Shown one piece after another: positions 1-12,423 of a stretch of 64,000 nt of DNA. The stretch's first letter is position 1, and every line of letters begins with the position of its first letter. This stretch comes from Amoebophrya sp. A120 (taxonomy: Eukaryota; Protista; Dinoflagellata), in the NCBI GenBank assembly GCA_905178155.1, contig CAJINV010000004.1, positions 5,392,258-5,456,257 of the forward strand. Reading direction: 5' to 3'. The notes beneath the pieces are model-generated. The model was not told the origin of the DNA. It saw only the letters and a list, made by a program, of their open reading frames with translations, and did not search any database. The position numbers and the translations under genes were made by a program.

Positions 1-520
1 ATTTGCATTTTTGGAATCGAATTGAAAGACAATTGAATGGTGTAGCATATTCAAAAATTTACGTCCCGGGAAGATGTGCTTCCACTTCAATCCCGCCAAT
101 GAAGAGAGGATATAGGAGTTTGGAGTGACGCTGACTGGCCGCACAGTAACACAAAGTATCCGGTCTCTCATATCGCTCGAATTCGGCGAAGCTACTACTT
201 ACACTGCAGCCGCGGAATTCTACTTTTTGCGCTCAACATCTTGAAAGACCTTGCTCTCGTTCGCTTCCAGTACGGAGGACAGATGACTGGGATTTAGATT
301 TTTTACCCTATTAAAAATTTTGACGAAAACCAGACCGGTGCAGCGGCCACAAGAACCTCGGCTAGAGGTAGAGCCATGATATAATTACACGGACCTGGTA
401 TAACAGGGATGATCGTGACACAATCAATCTAGGACAGCGTCTTTGAAAAACTGTGTGTCACACAGTGTGAAGTGACAAGGTTTTTTTCTCGGAAACCTCC
501 AAAAACTTACACGCTTGTAT

Positions 521-2624
521 TTAAATTCTGACTTGCCTTGGCGCGCCGAGCGGGCCGCCTCCACTGCCGGCGTTGCCTTCCATGACGCCGTTGCGGATTT
601 GGTCAGCGATGCTGGTCATCCCCGCGGGCCCGTGGGGCATGAAAATCGTCGTTGCGGTCCCCTGGGCCATCTTTTCGAGCGTGTCGAAAAACTTATCCAC
701 TGCAATTATGTCTGGGCCAGGGAGATTGCCAGATTTGTCATGCTAGTCTGGCATGACTCTGGAATCTGTATTGCGTGGCAGCCCGCAGTTTGTTCTCATG
801 CGAAATATAATGCCAACACAGAACCATGAACAAAGTTGTGATGCTTGGTGGCGCCTTACAGTGCGTTTATCATTCAGTGACTTGCACCACAACTTTCCAG
901 ACCCAGATATATTTGCATTTGATAAAACTGGGTGAGCAGCAGGAGCTCGGTGACTTTCTCCGGACTCGCGTGGCCGTCCTGAAGCAGTGTCCTGAGTAAA
1001 AACGTCCCCGCCCCAGAGTCAAGAAGATGGAGATTTTGCAACACAAACCTAGAAGCTTTGTTAGTCACGCATGACAAGTTGCAGCGCGTAGTGTAGTGCA
1101 GGTTACCAAGGACAGCCGCATTACAAATCCAATTGTCTTGTTTTACAGCATTACAAATTCCAAAACACGATTGGAAATGCCTGTCATGGCGCTGCGCTTG
1201 TCATTGCAAATCTGCATGACAACTCTGGGGTGGGACCGTTTTTACACGGGATAAGCAGCAGAGATGCTTTCAGCCCCTCCACGATGGCGGCCCGCTGCTT
1301 GGCTATACCCTGCCCCTGCAAAAACTTGGACTCCGCCTCCGCTTCCGCGGCTTTCACCTGGGGGTGATACAACACGTCGGGGAGGCACAGCTAGTACCAG
1401 AATGAAGGACTAGGACGACGACATTGTTATTTATAACAAGGACCATGTTGCGTCACTTTTCCATCTTCTCTTTTTTAAACGAAGGCAAAACAGATGAAAA
1501 CCACGTACTTCTAATCAATACTTGTATGATCTTATCCGCCTCTGCCTTGTCCGCGGCCGCGAGCCTGAGCCGCTTATTCGCGTTGATTTGGTTCATGGCG
1601 TCCTTCACCTTTCCGTCTGGATTCACGTCGACCACGAGAGCGGAGTGGATCTGAAACCCGAACTCGGTCATTTTCGACTCCAAGTCCTGCTGCACCTGCA
1701 CGGCCAGTTCGTCCTTCGCGGCAAAAACTTCATCCAACGTCATTTTCGGGACGCAGGACCGGATGTATGGATTGCAAATATGTCTGGGTCTGGAAACTTG
1801 TAATGCTAAAAGTGAATGATAGGCGCGCCACAATACGCAGCTATGCATGACAAATTTTGTGGCTGCCATGTCTTACGTACTCCGCATGATAAACTGCCTT
1901 TTCGCATGACAGATAGGAGGGCTCTTTCTTGCCTATGCAACACAGATTCTCGAGTCATGCCAGACTAGCATGACAAACTTGCATTCTTCCAGACCCAGAC
2001 ATTTCTCCATTTGATAGGATCACGTTCGTGACAAAGCTGTCAATCTGCACGTGGGGGTTGGACAGCCGGTAGATCGCGTCCTCCGCCTTACCATCAAGTG
2101 GCAAACATGTCTGGGTCTGAAACTTGTCATGCTCATTTCTGAACAACGCGCACACTTCAGTACGCAGTCAAGCATGAGAAGTTCTCCTGGAGATATGGTA
2201 TCCACCGCGTGACCGGCACGAAAAACACAAACTGCGTTCTTTTTGCATGATAAGAAAAGAGAGCCATGCACCGCCGAGCATGAGAGAGCTTAGAGGCACG
2301 TCAGCCAAGCATAACAAACCTTGTCAGCCAAGCATATCATCTTACTTCAAGACCACACAGATAAATTTGCAGTTGATACTTGCTTCGGATCACCTCCTGC
2401 TGCACCGCGATCACAAACTCCACAAACACGTCGTCTTTCGTCTTCGTGCTGCAGGTCACCTGGTTCTGCTGGATTCGCGTGGAGACCGACCGGGTCTGGA
2501 TGCAACACCCAAACACATCCGCCCCGAGCACGTGCAAACCGGGCTGTCGGATGCCCTCGTACTTCCCGCACCGCTCGACGGCGGTGAGTTTGTCGGGCGA
2601 AACGCAGATTAGACAGTTGCCCAT
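521..2624 (-). CDS. SPFH/band-7 domain protein, hypersensitive-induced-response (HIR)-like; 6 exons
   Basis: Spliced product reads [98 protein letters not shown], stop TAA at 523-521. It needs removal of four TIR elements (694-924, 988-1253, 1766-2016, 2092-2378, each +5 bp) and one GT-AG intron (1358-1521). Confidence 0.9.
694..924. mobile_element. Introner/MITE family A (non-canonical intron in HIR-like gene)
   Basis: Ends tatccactgcaattatgtctggg / cccagatatatttgcatttgata; perfect TSD AAACT (689-693, 925-929); removal gives TQF-FDTL. Confidence 0.9.
988..1253. mobile_element. Introner/MITE family B
   Basis: Ends tgtcctgagtaaaaacgtcccc / gggaccgtttttacacgggata; perfect TSD AGCAG; removal gives ASLLL-QDGH in frame. 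Confidence 0.9.
1766..2016. mobile_element. Introner/MITE family A
   Basis: TIR core tgcaaatatgtctgggtctggaa / ttccagacccagacattt; TSD GGATG/GGATC; removal gives TNVI-RSCVPK. Confidence 0.9.
2092..2378. mobile_element. Introner/MITE family A (diverged)
   Basis: Ends catcaagtggcaaacatgtctgggtctg / cagataaatttgcagttgata; TSD CTTAC/CTTGC; removal gives IRSK-AEDAIY. Confidence 0.8.
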
Positions 2625-5229
2625 ATTGCTTTAATTGGCGTAAGGAAGTAGGGAAAGTAAGTGACCGATAATCTCGTGATCATCGTTTTTTTCAACCTTT
2701 CTTACAGGATCGCCGTGATATCTTTCTCGTCGTCCCCAGTGGAATTCCAAATAACTGAAAACACGGCCACAGCGCCAGAGAAGCAGCGAGGGAGCCGGCG
2801 TCTACTCAAAGCGACAAGGATAAGTGACCGCACTCTACGGAGCTAAATCACCTTCACTTTTTTTTGTCGTTACCGCATTCATTGGCTTTTTCACCACTTG
2901 TCCCTGCGCCTTCGCCTTTAAATCCACCAATATCATACAATCGAGGGATTCTCGTGAGTTTTCGCTTTTGTTGTTACATCCAATTCTTGTCCGTATTCTT
3001 GGTAATTTGAATTTCAATTTACTTTCGGGTAATAATGATTGAATTTAGTTTACTTAGCGGCACACCCAAGAGTAGGAGCCTGAGGGTAATTTACAATCGC
3101 AATACGTTCCACCTGGAATATTTACATTGATTCAATAATTTTCCCGTAGGTGAGTAGGAGCTATTTGTATTTGCTTGTTACGTCAGCATTGCTACAGAAA
3201 ATGGTAACATGATTGAAACGGGTTTACTTCATTCTTCGAATTTTTGAGGTCATATTTTGCAAATCGGAGTTCGAAACAAATGGAGTTCGAAACAATGTAT
3301 ACAGCTTTATTCGAAACAATCATTAGATTTTTGTTTTTGTGAAACCCACACAACGAACGCTCCTCCCTCGCGGCAACACCTTCGTCAATCCTCGCGAGGC
3401 TGCAAGAAGACTCGCGCGCAGCAACCTTCACTTCCAGAACCTTTCTGGTTCTTTCTTTGAAGAATGTGCTTCGGACAAAGCGTGGCGGTCTGTTTTTTTT
3501 TTTTTTTGCGGATTTGGAACGGGGAAAACAAAAACCTCCACCACAGCAGTTTCAATTTAGCACGATAGGAAACCGCATAGTTGCCCAAGATGAAAGTCCA
3601 GTCATACCTCATAGCTTCATCCCAAATGTGGACGGTTCCACGGTTCCAGTTGCTATGAGGACCACAGGCTTGATGTCTTCTATCGGCAGATGCAAGGCAG
3701 AGGAAGCGAAGACGAGGCCTGTTTGAAGTGTTGGTAAGTATTGTCGTCCGTGCTCCCTGGGTTTAATACACCTTGTCAAAAATCCAGAACGGTACGCGCT
3801 GAGGCCTAGAATTATTCGCACTAGCGTCGTGATTGGGGTCAGACCTTGCGTATATACCCGGGCGTGGTGCCCTCGTGGAGCGGCTTTTTTTACACTGCGA
3901 AAATATAAGGATTCCAGTAGCCTACGCGCGCCATACCATGCGGGTTGGCCCTTCAAAGTCTTCTGGTTTTTGCTTTTGTCTTTTACTCACGTCTTTCCGG
4001 AATCCCGGGATTTCTGGGATCCCGGAAGTTCTCGTGAAACTGGTGAAAATCGTGAAAAAATCCATTGTCTTGACTACTAATCACGACGGTATGGTCTCTT
4101 TTTCACGAGGATTTTCACCGTGAAAAAAATCGTGAAAAAGCAGACAACTTGCGTCGCGAATCGCGATGCTACGGGCCTTTTTTTCGGAGTTGGTTTGTCC
4201 TGCTTTTCCGCGATACTTCGCGAAAGCCGCGCAGCCGAATCACGGCGGCAGGGTCATTTTTTCACGATGTGCCTCGCCGTGACACAAATCGGAACAAGCG
4301 CTGCGACTTTATCTCGAATGACCCCAATAGTATCTATAGCGCCGGCGTCCGGAGTTCGTTGGTTTCCGTGGTTTGTCGCGGCCGTCGCGTTTGAGAGTCG
4401 CGACGGTGTGGCCCCTGTTTCACGGAGCGTCTCCTCTTGCAAGCAACGCTTCGCGCCACGCTTGCGGTTGGCATCGCGCTAAACCGCACCGCGGCGCATT
4501 TGGGCAGTATTTCCGTGGCGCACCCGGGCGCGTGTCTACTTTTTCCGTGGTAGCCCTTACCGGCGCGGGTCAGACTCCGCACACCCTAACAGCTCGGCTT
4601 CGATTGCTCGGCGCACTGCGTGCCCTGGCACATGTGGGCGCCCGCGCTTGGGGGCAATATTTTCCCGCGCGCGCGCAGTGCTTGCGCCGGCGCATGTTGG
4701 CAGTATTCCCCACCACACTGCTGGGCTTTGCCTGTCGCGCGGAGTGCCTCTCAGGTACAGGCCCTTGCTTGTGCATTCGCCTTACGCTTGAGTTCTGGTT
4801 GGTTGTCAATACGAATTGACAACCAACCAACTAACACAAAAGTCACGCGGTCTGTCTAACCAACATGGACCCCAGTGTGTGGCAGCCCAACAGGGCTGCT
4901 TCCCCTAATTCTTGCAGAGGCCCCCCGCTCGCGCAGGCCGCCCCTGCCGATCACCTCGGCACGCGCCGGCAGCATTTCCACGTCGGCGGCCGCAGGCAGC
5001 CTGTCCAACTCTGTGCCCACCGTCGCCGTGTGTTCAGGCGTTATTCGCGGGCCTTTGCGTACGTCTGCCCTGCTACGTACAGCCGCGTATTTGCGGTAGA
5101 CCCCGCGCGGAGGCCTACTAGGCGGCGCTGCTGGTTGCTCCAGCCGCGTATTTATGGTTGGCCCCGCGCAGAGGCCTAGGCGGCGCTACTGGTTTACTTC
5201 AGCCGCCGAGGGCCCATGAATGTGTTGCC

Positions 5230-5890
5230 ACTTGGGAGGGCAGGGCGCCAGCGCCCGCGAGCTCCCTGCCTGCGGAAGCGGGGGTGAATGCGGGGCGGGC
5301 CCCCGCTGCGTTCCCCGGTTGCATGCGGGCGCGGAGCGATGTACTTGACAGGAGCCCTTGCGAATGGGAAAGGAAGGCGGGGGGCCCCCTCGAAGACCAG
5401 GAGTCAGGGGCGCGGGCCCCCTGCGCGCGGGAGAGAAAGGCGGGGGGCCCCTCTGGACACCAAAGGTGGAGGCTGGGGGCCCCCTGCGGGCGGGAGAGAC
5501 TTACCGCGGCGAAGGACGGGGGTCCCCTGTGTGTGACCTCCGGCCGGCGGCCCGGGAGAGGAGCGGGGGCCCCCTGCGGTGGCGGGCGGCCCGCCCGGGA
5601 GAGGAGCGGGGCCCTCCTGCGGAGGTGGAAGGACGGGGGCCCCCTGTGATCTCCGGCTGGATGCCCGGAAGAGGAGCGGGGCCCCCCTGCGGGGGCGGAA
5701 GGGCGGGGGCCCCCTGCGGAGCCGGGATGCCCAGCGGGCGCGAGAGCGGGGGGCGGGGGCCCCCTGTTTCACCAGGCGGGCGGCCCGGGTAGGGAGCGGG
5801 GGCCCCCTGCGGAGGCGGCTGGCGGAGGGCGGGGGCTTCCTGTAAGCGAAATACGCAGCGGGCGAGAGGGCGGGAGGCGGGGGTACCGGT
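5230..5890. repeat. Very GC-rich irregular minisatellite built on the GCGGGGGCCCCCT(G) palindrome
   Basis: More than 10 copies of ggggg-ccccc cores with variable spacers; overlapping ORFs are low-complexity G/P/R/A. Confidence 0.8.
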
Positions 5891-6725
5891 CTCCAAAAAT
5901 AATGTACCCGAATCGAACACGTCATAAACTTCCTCTTCACTAAACAAAACGAAATAAAGAATACCTAAGGTCATCTTGCTCTTCAACATGGCAGCCCCAA
6001 TCCGAGTCCTCCTTATCGCTTAAAATCAAACCTTTATTCGCGAATGCTCCGAAACCTCTCGTCGTTGGAAAACAATGGCGAACCGGATCTGTGTTTTTGG
6101 TTTTTGCAGTACTATTTGTCATGGAGTTGAAACATTCAGAGCGTACTATCGCACATCTTCATTCCCGACCAATACAACGTCATGCTTATCTACGCTAGAA
6201 AGATACCTCCTCAGCGTTGAAGTTGACTCAGAGGCAATGTGGCGGAGGTGCGCGCGGTTTTTCTCGAAGCTCGGTTTAGAAGTAAACCGCAGGCGCATGT
6301 AGAGCAACAGATGTGCGAAATGGGCTTTTCACAAAAGTTCAAGTTGTTTAAACTGGGTCAGTAGATAGTTCCTTCAGGGTAGGCTCGGGTAGGTCGTACT
6401 CGTAGTATCCGAGGATGGACGAACCGGAAAAATAACAGCACATCTGTTTTGTGAATTTTTTGACTTCTACTAGATTTTCGTCTTGTTGTGTGTGTGCCGT
6501 AACTGCAAAATTATGTCGCGGCCGCGGATCGAGACATTGTTTCCCATAGCAGATGAACCGCACGGACATGATAACATATGCTGCAACAAAACGAAAACTA
6601 TAGAAAATTTTTATACCTTCTCCTAGCTCAGTTAAATATTGCTGCTCTCCTTCCAAATCGTTTTGCGTAAAATGCGGCTCGTCTTGATCTTCTTCGAAGC
6701 AGCGCGATAGAGTACATGGTTACGA

Positions 6726-7004
6726 TATCCTAAGTAAAAACATCCCCACACCAGAGTCAGGATGGGGCTTTTGCAACACAAACCTGGGAGTTTTGTGAGT
6801 CACGCATGACAAGTTGCACTCCGAAGTGTAGGGCAGGTTAGCAAGTGCAGCCGCATCACAGATTCATCTGCTCATCCTGTTCAGAGCATCACAAATTCCT
6901 AAACACGATTGGAAATGGCTCTCATGGGGATGCGCATTACAAGTCTTCCTGTCTTTGCAAATCTGCATTACAACTCTGGTGTGGGGACGCTTTTACATAG
7001 GATG
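6726..7004. mobile_element. MITE family B, not in a clear host gene
   Basis: Ends tatcctaagtaaaaacatccccacaccagagt / actctggtgtggggacgcttttacataggatg; perfect TSD TACGA; interior similar to 988-1253. Confidence 0.9.
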
Positions 7005-7555
7005 TACGAAACGCGCCACCGCAAACAGTCCGCCGACTCGACGAAGAAATATGAGAGGGAATAGTAGACCTGTTTGTGTTTAGTGCTACTGTTGGCATGA
7101 AATAGAGTTGTTTTCACAATCAATTTAACTTTCCTAAAAGTCGACTTCGACATCTGCGTATGCACGGAGCACACCGCAAAGAACCACCAAAACAAAAAAA
7201 AATACGTGTTCCGACGCCCTTTCACGTCAGCAACACCCACTGTCAGCATCGATCAAAGAATTTGCGGCGCCGCATCCGTCTGCAATCGCATTGGTGAGTA
7301 GTCGACTCTTCAAAACACTGCTTGTCTGGGACGTAAAGGAAAACCCGTGCTATGTTCCGTTGTTCCGATCTGATTCTGTTTTTCTTCGTTCTGTTACTCA
7401 TTATTATTACACTTTTACAGCCGTACTTCTTTCCGTATGCTCGTCTAGATCTTCTTTTAAATCGCCTTCCGGTGTAGGTACAGTTTCGTTCTTTGAAAAA
7501 TTCGTTAGAAGTTGTTCTCCGATTTACTCTTCAGTTGTACTCGTCGGCCCGTGTT

Positions 7556-9565
7556 TTAGGGTAACACGGAACCGCTCGTGTTCCCGCTGCCGTAGTGCGA
7601 GCACGCGAAGGACGAGGACGTGATGCGCTCTTGCTCCGCTTCAAAATCCGCCCCCTCGCCAAACGTCATGCTCCTACCAGCCGCGCCACCCGTTCCCTCG
7701 CCCTCGAGCACGTCTTGCAATTCGGTTTCATCTCCGTCCGAATCAGACGACGAATCAGATGAGGACTCCGCGTCCGAGTTGAACTGCAAAGCCGTGTCCT
7801 TCGGGTACGTTTGTTCACCGTCCTCCTCTCCGTCGTCAAATAGCGAGGCCGTTGCGCCTCCTCCTTCCGACACCGTGCTTCCGTTGTTGATGTTCGACAA
7901 ACTACGGTCGCAATAAATCCCACTACTTTCCCCCGAGCAAAGTCCTTTCTTCCCTCCTTCCGAAGTTCCTCCAAGCTTCCCCTTGATCTCCGCGTCCTCC
8001 GACCGTTTCTTGGTGCGCTTACCCGAAGACTTTTTCCCGCCCTTGATCTTCGGGTTGCAAGAACAACAAAACTTCGGGCACCGCTTGGCGCAGTTGCAGC
8101 AGGAACGCCAGTAATGGTAGAACAGAATCACCAGCAAAACAAGCCCGAGACACGACAGGCCCGGCAGAATGTAATCAGTAGCGCGGTGTTGGACATGATG
8201 GGGGGGGGGATGTTGGGGGAGATGTCGTTGAATTTGTTAAAAAACTGCTGCTCGATGATGCTCTCGTAGGATTGGAAATTGTTCGAAGAGCCGGTGGAGA
8301 AGGACGCTGCTGCTGGAATCTCCAGCGCTGACGAAGCCGCAGAACGTCGTGGTGGCGAATCCGAATCCCATCCACCTCCAGAAGCATCTTCCTTGTAGTC
8401 AACACCTCCTTCGACCGTAATCACCTTTTTATCGAAGGCCCCAGACAATTCATACTTATAAGTCGCAGTGCGCAGCACTAATGCACATCTTTTCGGTTCC
8501 GTCTGCCTTATTTCAAACTGCAACTGATACTGGTTGTGCTTGCTCTTGTTCTCGAAAGACTGTTTGATTTCCTGCAGAGTTCCTGGGAGGAGGCCCGAGG
8601 CTTCCTCGACCTCGGCAAAAGCGGTATCCCGTTCCTTCTTTCTATCTTTATTGCCGCTGATGTCTTCATCGTCGAAGTTCCACTTCGTTGTCCAGCCCGG
8701 ATGAGTGTCCAGAATCTTGCCCGACATTTTCGTCAGCTTTTGCTCCAAGATCCTCCGCTCCACATATCCCCAGATCACTTTCTTCTGCCTCTGACCGAGG
8801 TTGTACTCGTTCTGCTTGTTCAGCATCTGCGCCTCAACCAAAATGTCATCGTTTATTGCTTTGTCCAGGCCCCTATCAAATGCAAAAATGTCTGGGTCTA
8901 GAAGATTCCCAGGCTTGTCGTGCAGATTTTCCATGATCCATGTCGTCTGGAATGCAGGACCTAGCATGACAGATTCTGTGAGATCCGTATCATGCCTATC
9001 CTGCATGAGAAACTTCCTCTCTACTTGGTTAAAAGTGGACAGCTTTTGGCATTCATGCGACACAGATTTTTGCACGATCCAGAATTAGCATTACAAGTTG
9101 CAACCTTCCAGACCCAGGCATTTATTTTTGCAATCCATAGCCCGGGACGCTCTGCAGAAACAATTTCCAGTTGTTTTGTTGTTGTTCTTCAGTCGGTTTG
9201 TTGTCAACGATGGACTCGGAAGGGGAAGACGAAGTGGAAGAATAATCGGTATACCAGCCGCAAGACGACCACGGCCACGGTTCCCCGGGGGCCGTCTGCT
9301 CGGAGATTTTTTCCTTGCGATAGTCGCGCATCCGGTCAACCCAACCAGACATCCCTCTCCAATTAACCTCGACATGGGGGTCAGGGACGCAACCCTTTCG
9401 TGTCCCACCCAAAGTTATCGGCTTTATCGGCTCTTGGATGACTTCCACTTCATGATCTGGCTCTACCGACGGCCTACAACAACAGTAGATCGAGCTCCCC
9501 ATCTTCTGAAGTGTGATCTCCTCGCAGCTATTTCCTAGAATTTCCTCTGGAAATGATGTTCTCAA
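7556..9565 (-). CDS. Uncharacterised probable type-I membrane protein (start uncertain; apparent 1-nt frameshift at G10 run 8200-8209)
   Basis: ORF 9122-9565 joins ORF 8128-9075 (QSVPG-LDKAIND) on removing 8874-9139+5 bp. A frame change at the homopolymer leads into a TM helix (ILPGLSCLGLVLLVILFYHYW) and an acidic tail (ORF 7556-8137). Confidence 0.6.
8874..9139. mobile_element. Introner/MITE family A
   Basis: Ends tatcaaatgcaaaaatgtctgggtct / agacccaggcatttatttttgcaatccata; TSD GCCCC/GCCCG. Confidence 0.9.
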
Positions 9566-9909
9566 AATGTTGTTGCCAACCTAGTACTTTAACTTTAATT
9601 CATGATGGACTAAACTGCTTTCCGATTAGGACATAAAAGATGCTTGTTCGCTTGTTTACTGTCGTGGAGTTGCATCACTTGTTTCAGATGCACTGTTGAA
9701 CTGCAAACTGGTAGAGAAAAACCTCTCCCTCCTTGCTCTGGACTGCGCCAGCACACTTGTTTTCGATAATAAGTGCAAAAACTCCACGACCAGCAGCTTG
9801 TGGAAGATTTTTACGAAGCAGCAAAATGAAATCGAATCGGCGAGGTGGAAGGACGTTTTTGCTGTTTCAATAGGCGAATCTCATTTCTCATTTCCTGGAC
9901 GAAGCGTAG

Positions 9910-9975
9910 AGAGCACCGTCGGGCGGTCAACTTGTCAGGCGAAACGCAGAGTAGACAATTGCACATTTCGCTCGG
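9910..9975 (-). pseudogene. Degenerate duplicate of the 5' end of the HIR-like gene
   Basis: Translates [15 protein letters not shown] vs [15 protein letters not shown] at 2624-2580, then similarity is lost. Confidence 0.7.
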
Positions 9976-10485
9976 CAAAAGGAACGAAGGAAAAGTGAAC
10001 AACCATGTATGTACTTTCTCTCTCGTGGTCCTCTTTCTTGTTCACTCCTGTGAACAGCAACCAAAAGATACGTCATTTCGTCTGAAATCCAGACCAAAAA
10101 CATCGCTGCCAATGCGATCGAGGAACACCAGCGAAGCGTCTTCTACATTGCGTCTTTACGCGGCACAAAGACAAAAAGCAGACTCAGAGCGTTTCACTCA
10201 TCTGCATCTGCTGCAATGAATGCCTCTACAACAAAGCCGCTGCCGAGGAAATCTTCTACCATATTTCCCTTCTTCAAGTTATTTTGCAGCACCAGTGCAT
10301 GTGGTGCTGGCACGATCTCAATTCTACAACCGGAGTTCGTGTTTGTGCGAACAAAACGATCTGCCTCTTTTTCGGAAACGGGTTGGCAGACTGTTGAGCA
10401 AGTGTTTAAAGTTTGTATATTGGTACACAGGACGGATACGAAAAGGTATACAAGATTCCTCCCTCTTCGCACCATCTCCAGACTT

Positions 10486-11747
10486 CTAGCGGTACTCCGT
10501 TTTCCCGCTTTCCGTGACTACTTCGTACATTTTACCGGCGACAACTTTGCTCGGCTCCTCTACCCAGTTCGCAAGCTGCCTCGCTAGCTCCGGCAGAGGC
10601 GTCCAACATGAAAAATCCGCGTCAGGCATGTTCTGCCGATTTACCTTTAGGGTTTGATTATCTTTCTTTTTTGGCGAAGTTCGTAAGTAGTGGAAAGTAC
10701 TGACGACGATCCGCAGTGTAACTAAAGCTTCTTCGACTCGTTTATGCCAATGTGATTTCACTTCGATTTCACCAGAAAAGAATAGTCTTGAGTAAAAAGC
10801 GACACTGCATCAACTTCTGTGCTGTACCGTGGTGTCCAACGTGCGCGGCGCGATGCCCATGAGCTTGGTCTCCACGGGCAGGCCCGCCGTAGCCAGGTCC
10901 GAGCTCGCGGAGGCGAGCAACTGGTGTACACCCGCTTTGGCGACGGCGTAGGGCAGCATGAAGGGCGGACAAGCCTGCGCTCCCAGTACCGGTGCGGCGC
11001 CCGGCAGCACCACGAGCGGCGTGTTGAACCGGGCGGCGACGCTGACGCTGATCAGCGACGCGTACAGGGAACTTGCTATCATCGCCTCGGCATTTGGCAA
11101 CAGATCCTCGCTCGCGGCGTTTCCGCCGGCCCAGCCGCCGGCCAGGCACAGCACCGCGGAGAGTTGGGGAGTGGTGGCAGTGGAGCTGCTGGAGGGGGTG
11201 GCGGCGGATGCAGCTGAGGATTGCGCGGCTCTTTCTGCTACGACTTTCGCCACCGCGTCGAGAACGGAACTCTGTTGCAGCCGCAGAGATGAAACTTGGC
11301 CATCGGCGGCAGCACTGGATGAAAGCTGCAAATTGGCTGTGCACTCCGCGTTTTCGGACCCCACATCGATTCCCAGCAGGTGAGGAAAACCTCTTCTGCG
11401 CAGTTCCGTTATCAAATGCAAAAATGTCTGGGTCTGGAAGATTGCAGGAGTTTGTCATGCATCTCTTGGATCACGCACCTGGTCTCTAATGCACGCGAAA
11501 GCATTATAGGTTTTGCACAGGCCTCCTGATGTCTATCCCGCATGAAAAATTCCCTATTTGCGTAGCAAGAAATGGGAAGCTTTTGGTGCTTATGCAATAC
11601 AAATTTTTGCCTATTCCAGAATTCGCATGACAAGTTCCAACTCTTCCAGACCCAGACATTTTTGCATTTGATATCCGTGACGGTTGCGCGACCAAGACTC
11701 CCGCAAGAACCGAAAACCGCTACGGGGTGGCTCTTCGGAACGAACAT
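10486..11747 (-). CDS. QDPR: Dihydropteridine reductase (quinoid), SDR family; 3 exons
   Basis: Rossmann motif VFGSCGSLG, hallmark AGGWAGG, YAVAK (YxxxK), LDT.VNRQNMPDADFSCWTP. Introner 11410-11673 and GT-AG intron 10645-10827. Confidence 0.9.
11410..11673. mobile_element. Introner/MITE family A (near-perfect TIRs)
   Basis: Ends tatcaaatgcaaaaatgtctgggtctggaaga / tcttccagacccagacatttttgcatttgata; perfect TSD TCCGT; removal gives ATVT-ELRRR. Confidence 0.95.
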
Positions 11748-12423
11748 GATTTCTGCTACGTATGAGCTGGCGAAGCCTGGAACTCTGTGTAGCTTTCGAA
11801 CGTGAAGAAACTAACAGTGGTACTAGACTTAGTCGCATTCATGGACGCTCGCTTATTTTAACAGTGAAAATAAAGCATACATGCACATGTCCAAAGTACG
11901 TACTTGCGCAGGCTATGAAGAAAGTCCCTCTGAAACTCGGGGGCGGGCACGTATGCCAGGACGCGCTGGTTCTTAAAAGAGCTCTGAGGCTCACGCCGCG
12001 CTTCGCGTTCAGCACCGACGGGGCACAGAGGCTTTGTTGTGGCCCCCCAAGGTTGCCCCCCAAGGTTGGTCCCGGCGACTTCGCGAAACTGCTCGTCGAA
12101 TCGCGAATCGCGTACGAAGAAAGCGCCACCACTTCTAATTTCTTCATCTAGTAACCCAACAGGCGCGATGGATTGCGGACAAAAGCTACAAAGCCTAAGC
12201 AGCACGACGAAAGAGCCCGCACGATGGCACAACAGCTCGAACACTGTCGGTCTTGCCAAACCTCCGATAAACAACTTCACTTTTGCCTGCGTGAATACAA
12301 CTAAATGCGGCCACGGCCTCGAGTCTGTGTGTATTCGTTTCACGACCTCTTGTTTGTTTTGAGTACTGTGGTGACTATCCTTCGATATCAGCTAAAAATG
12401 CCAAAACAGTTGTAGATAGCCTT

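Noticed and set aside
5158-5989. G/P/R-rich ORFs
   Set aside because: By-products of the GC-rich repeat.
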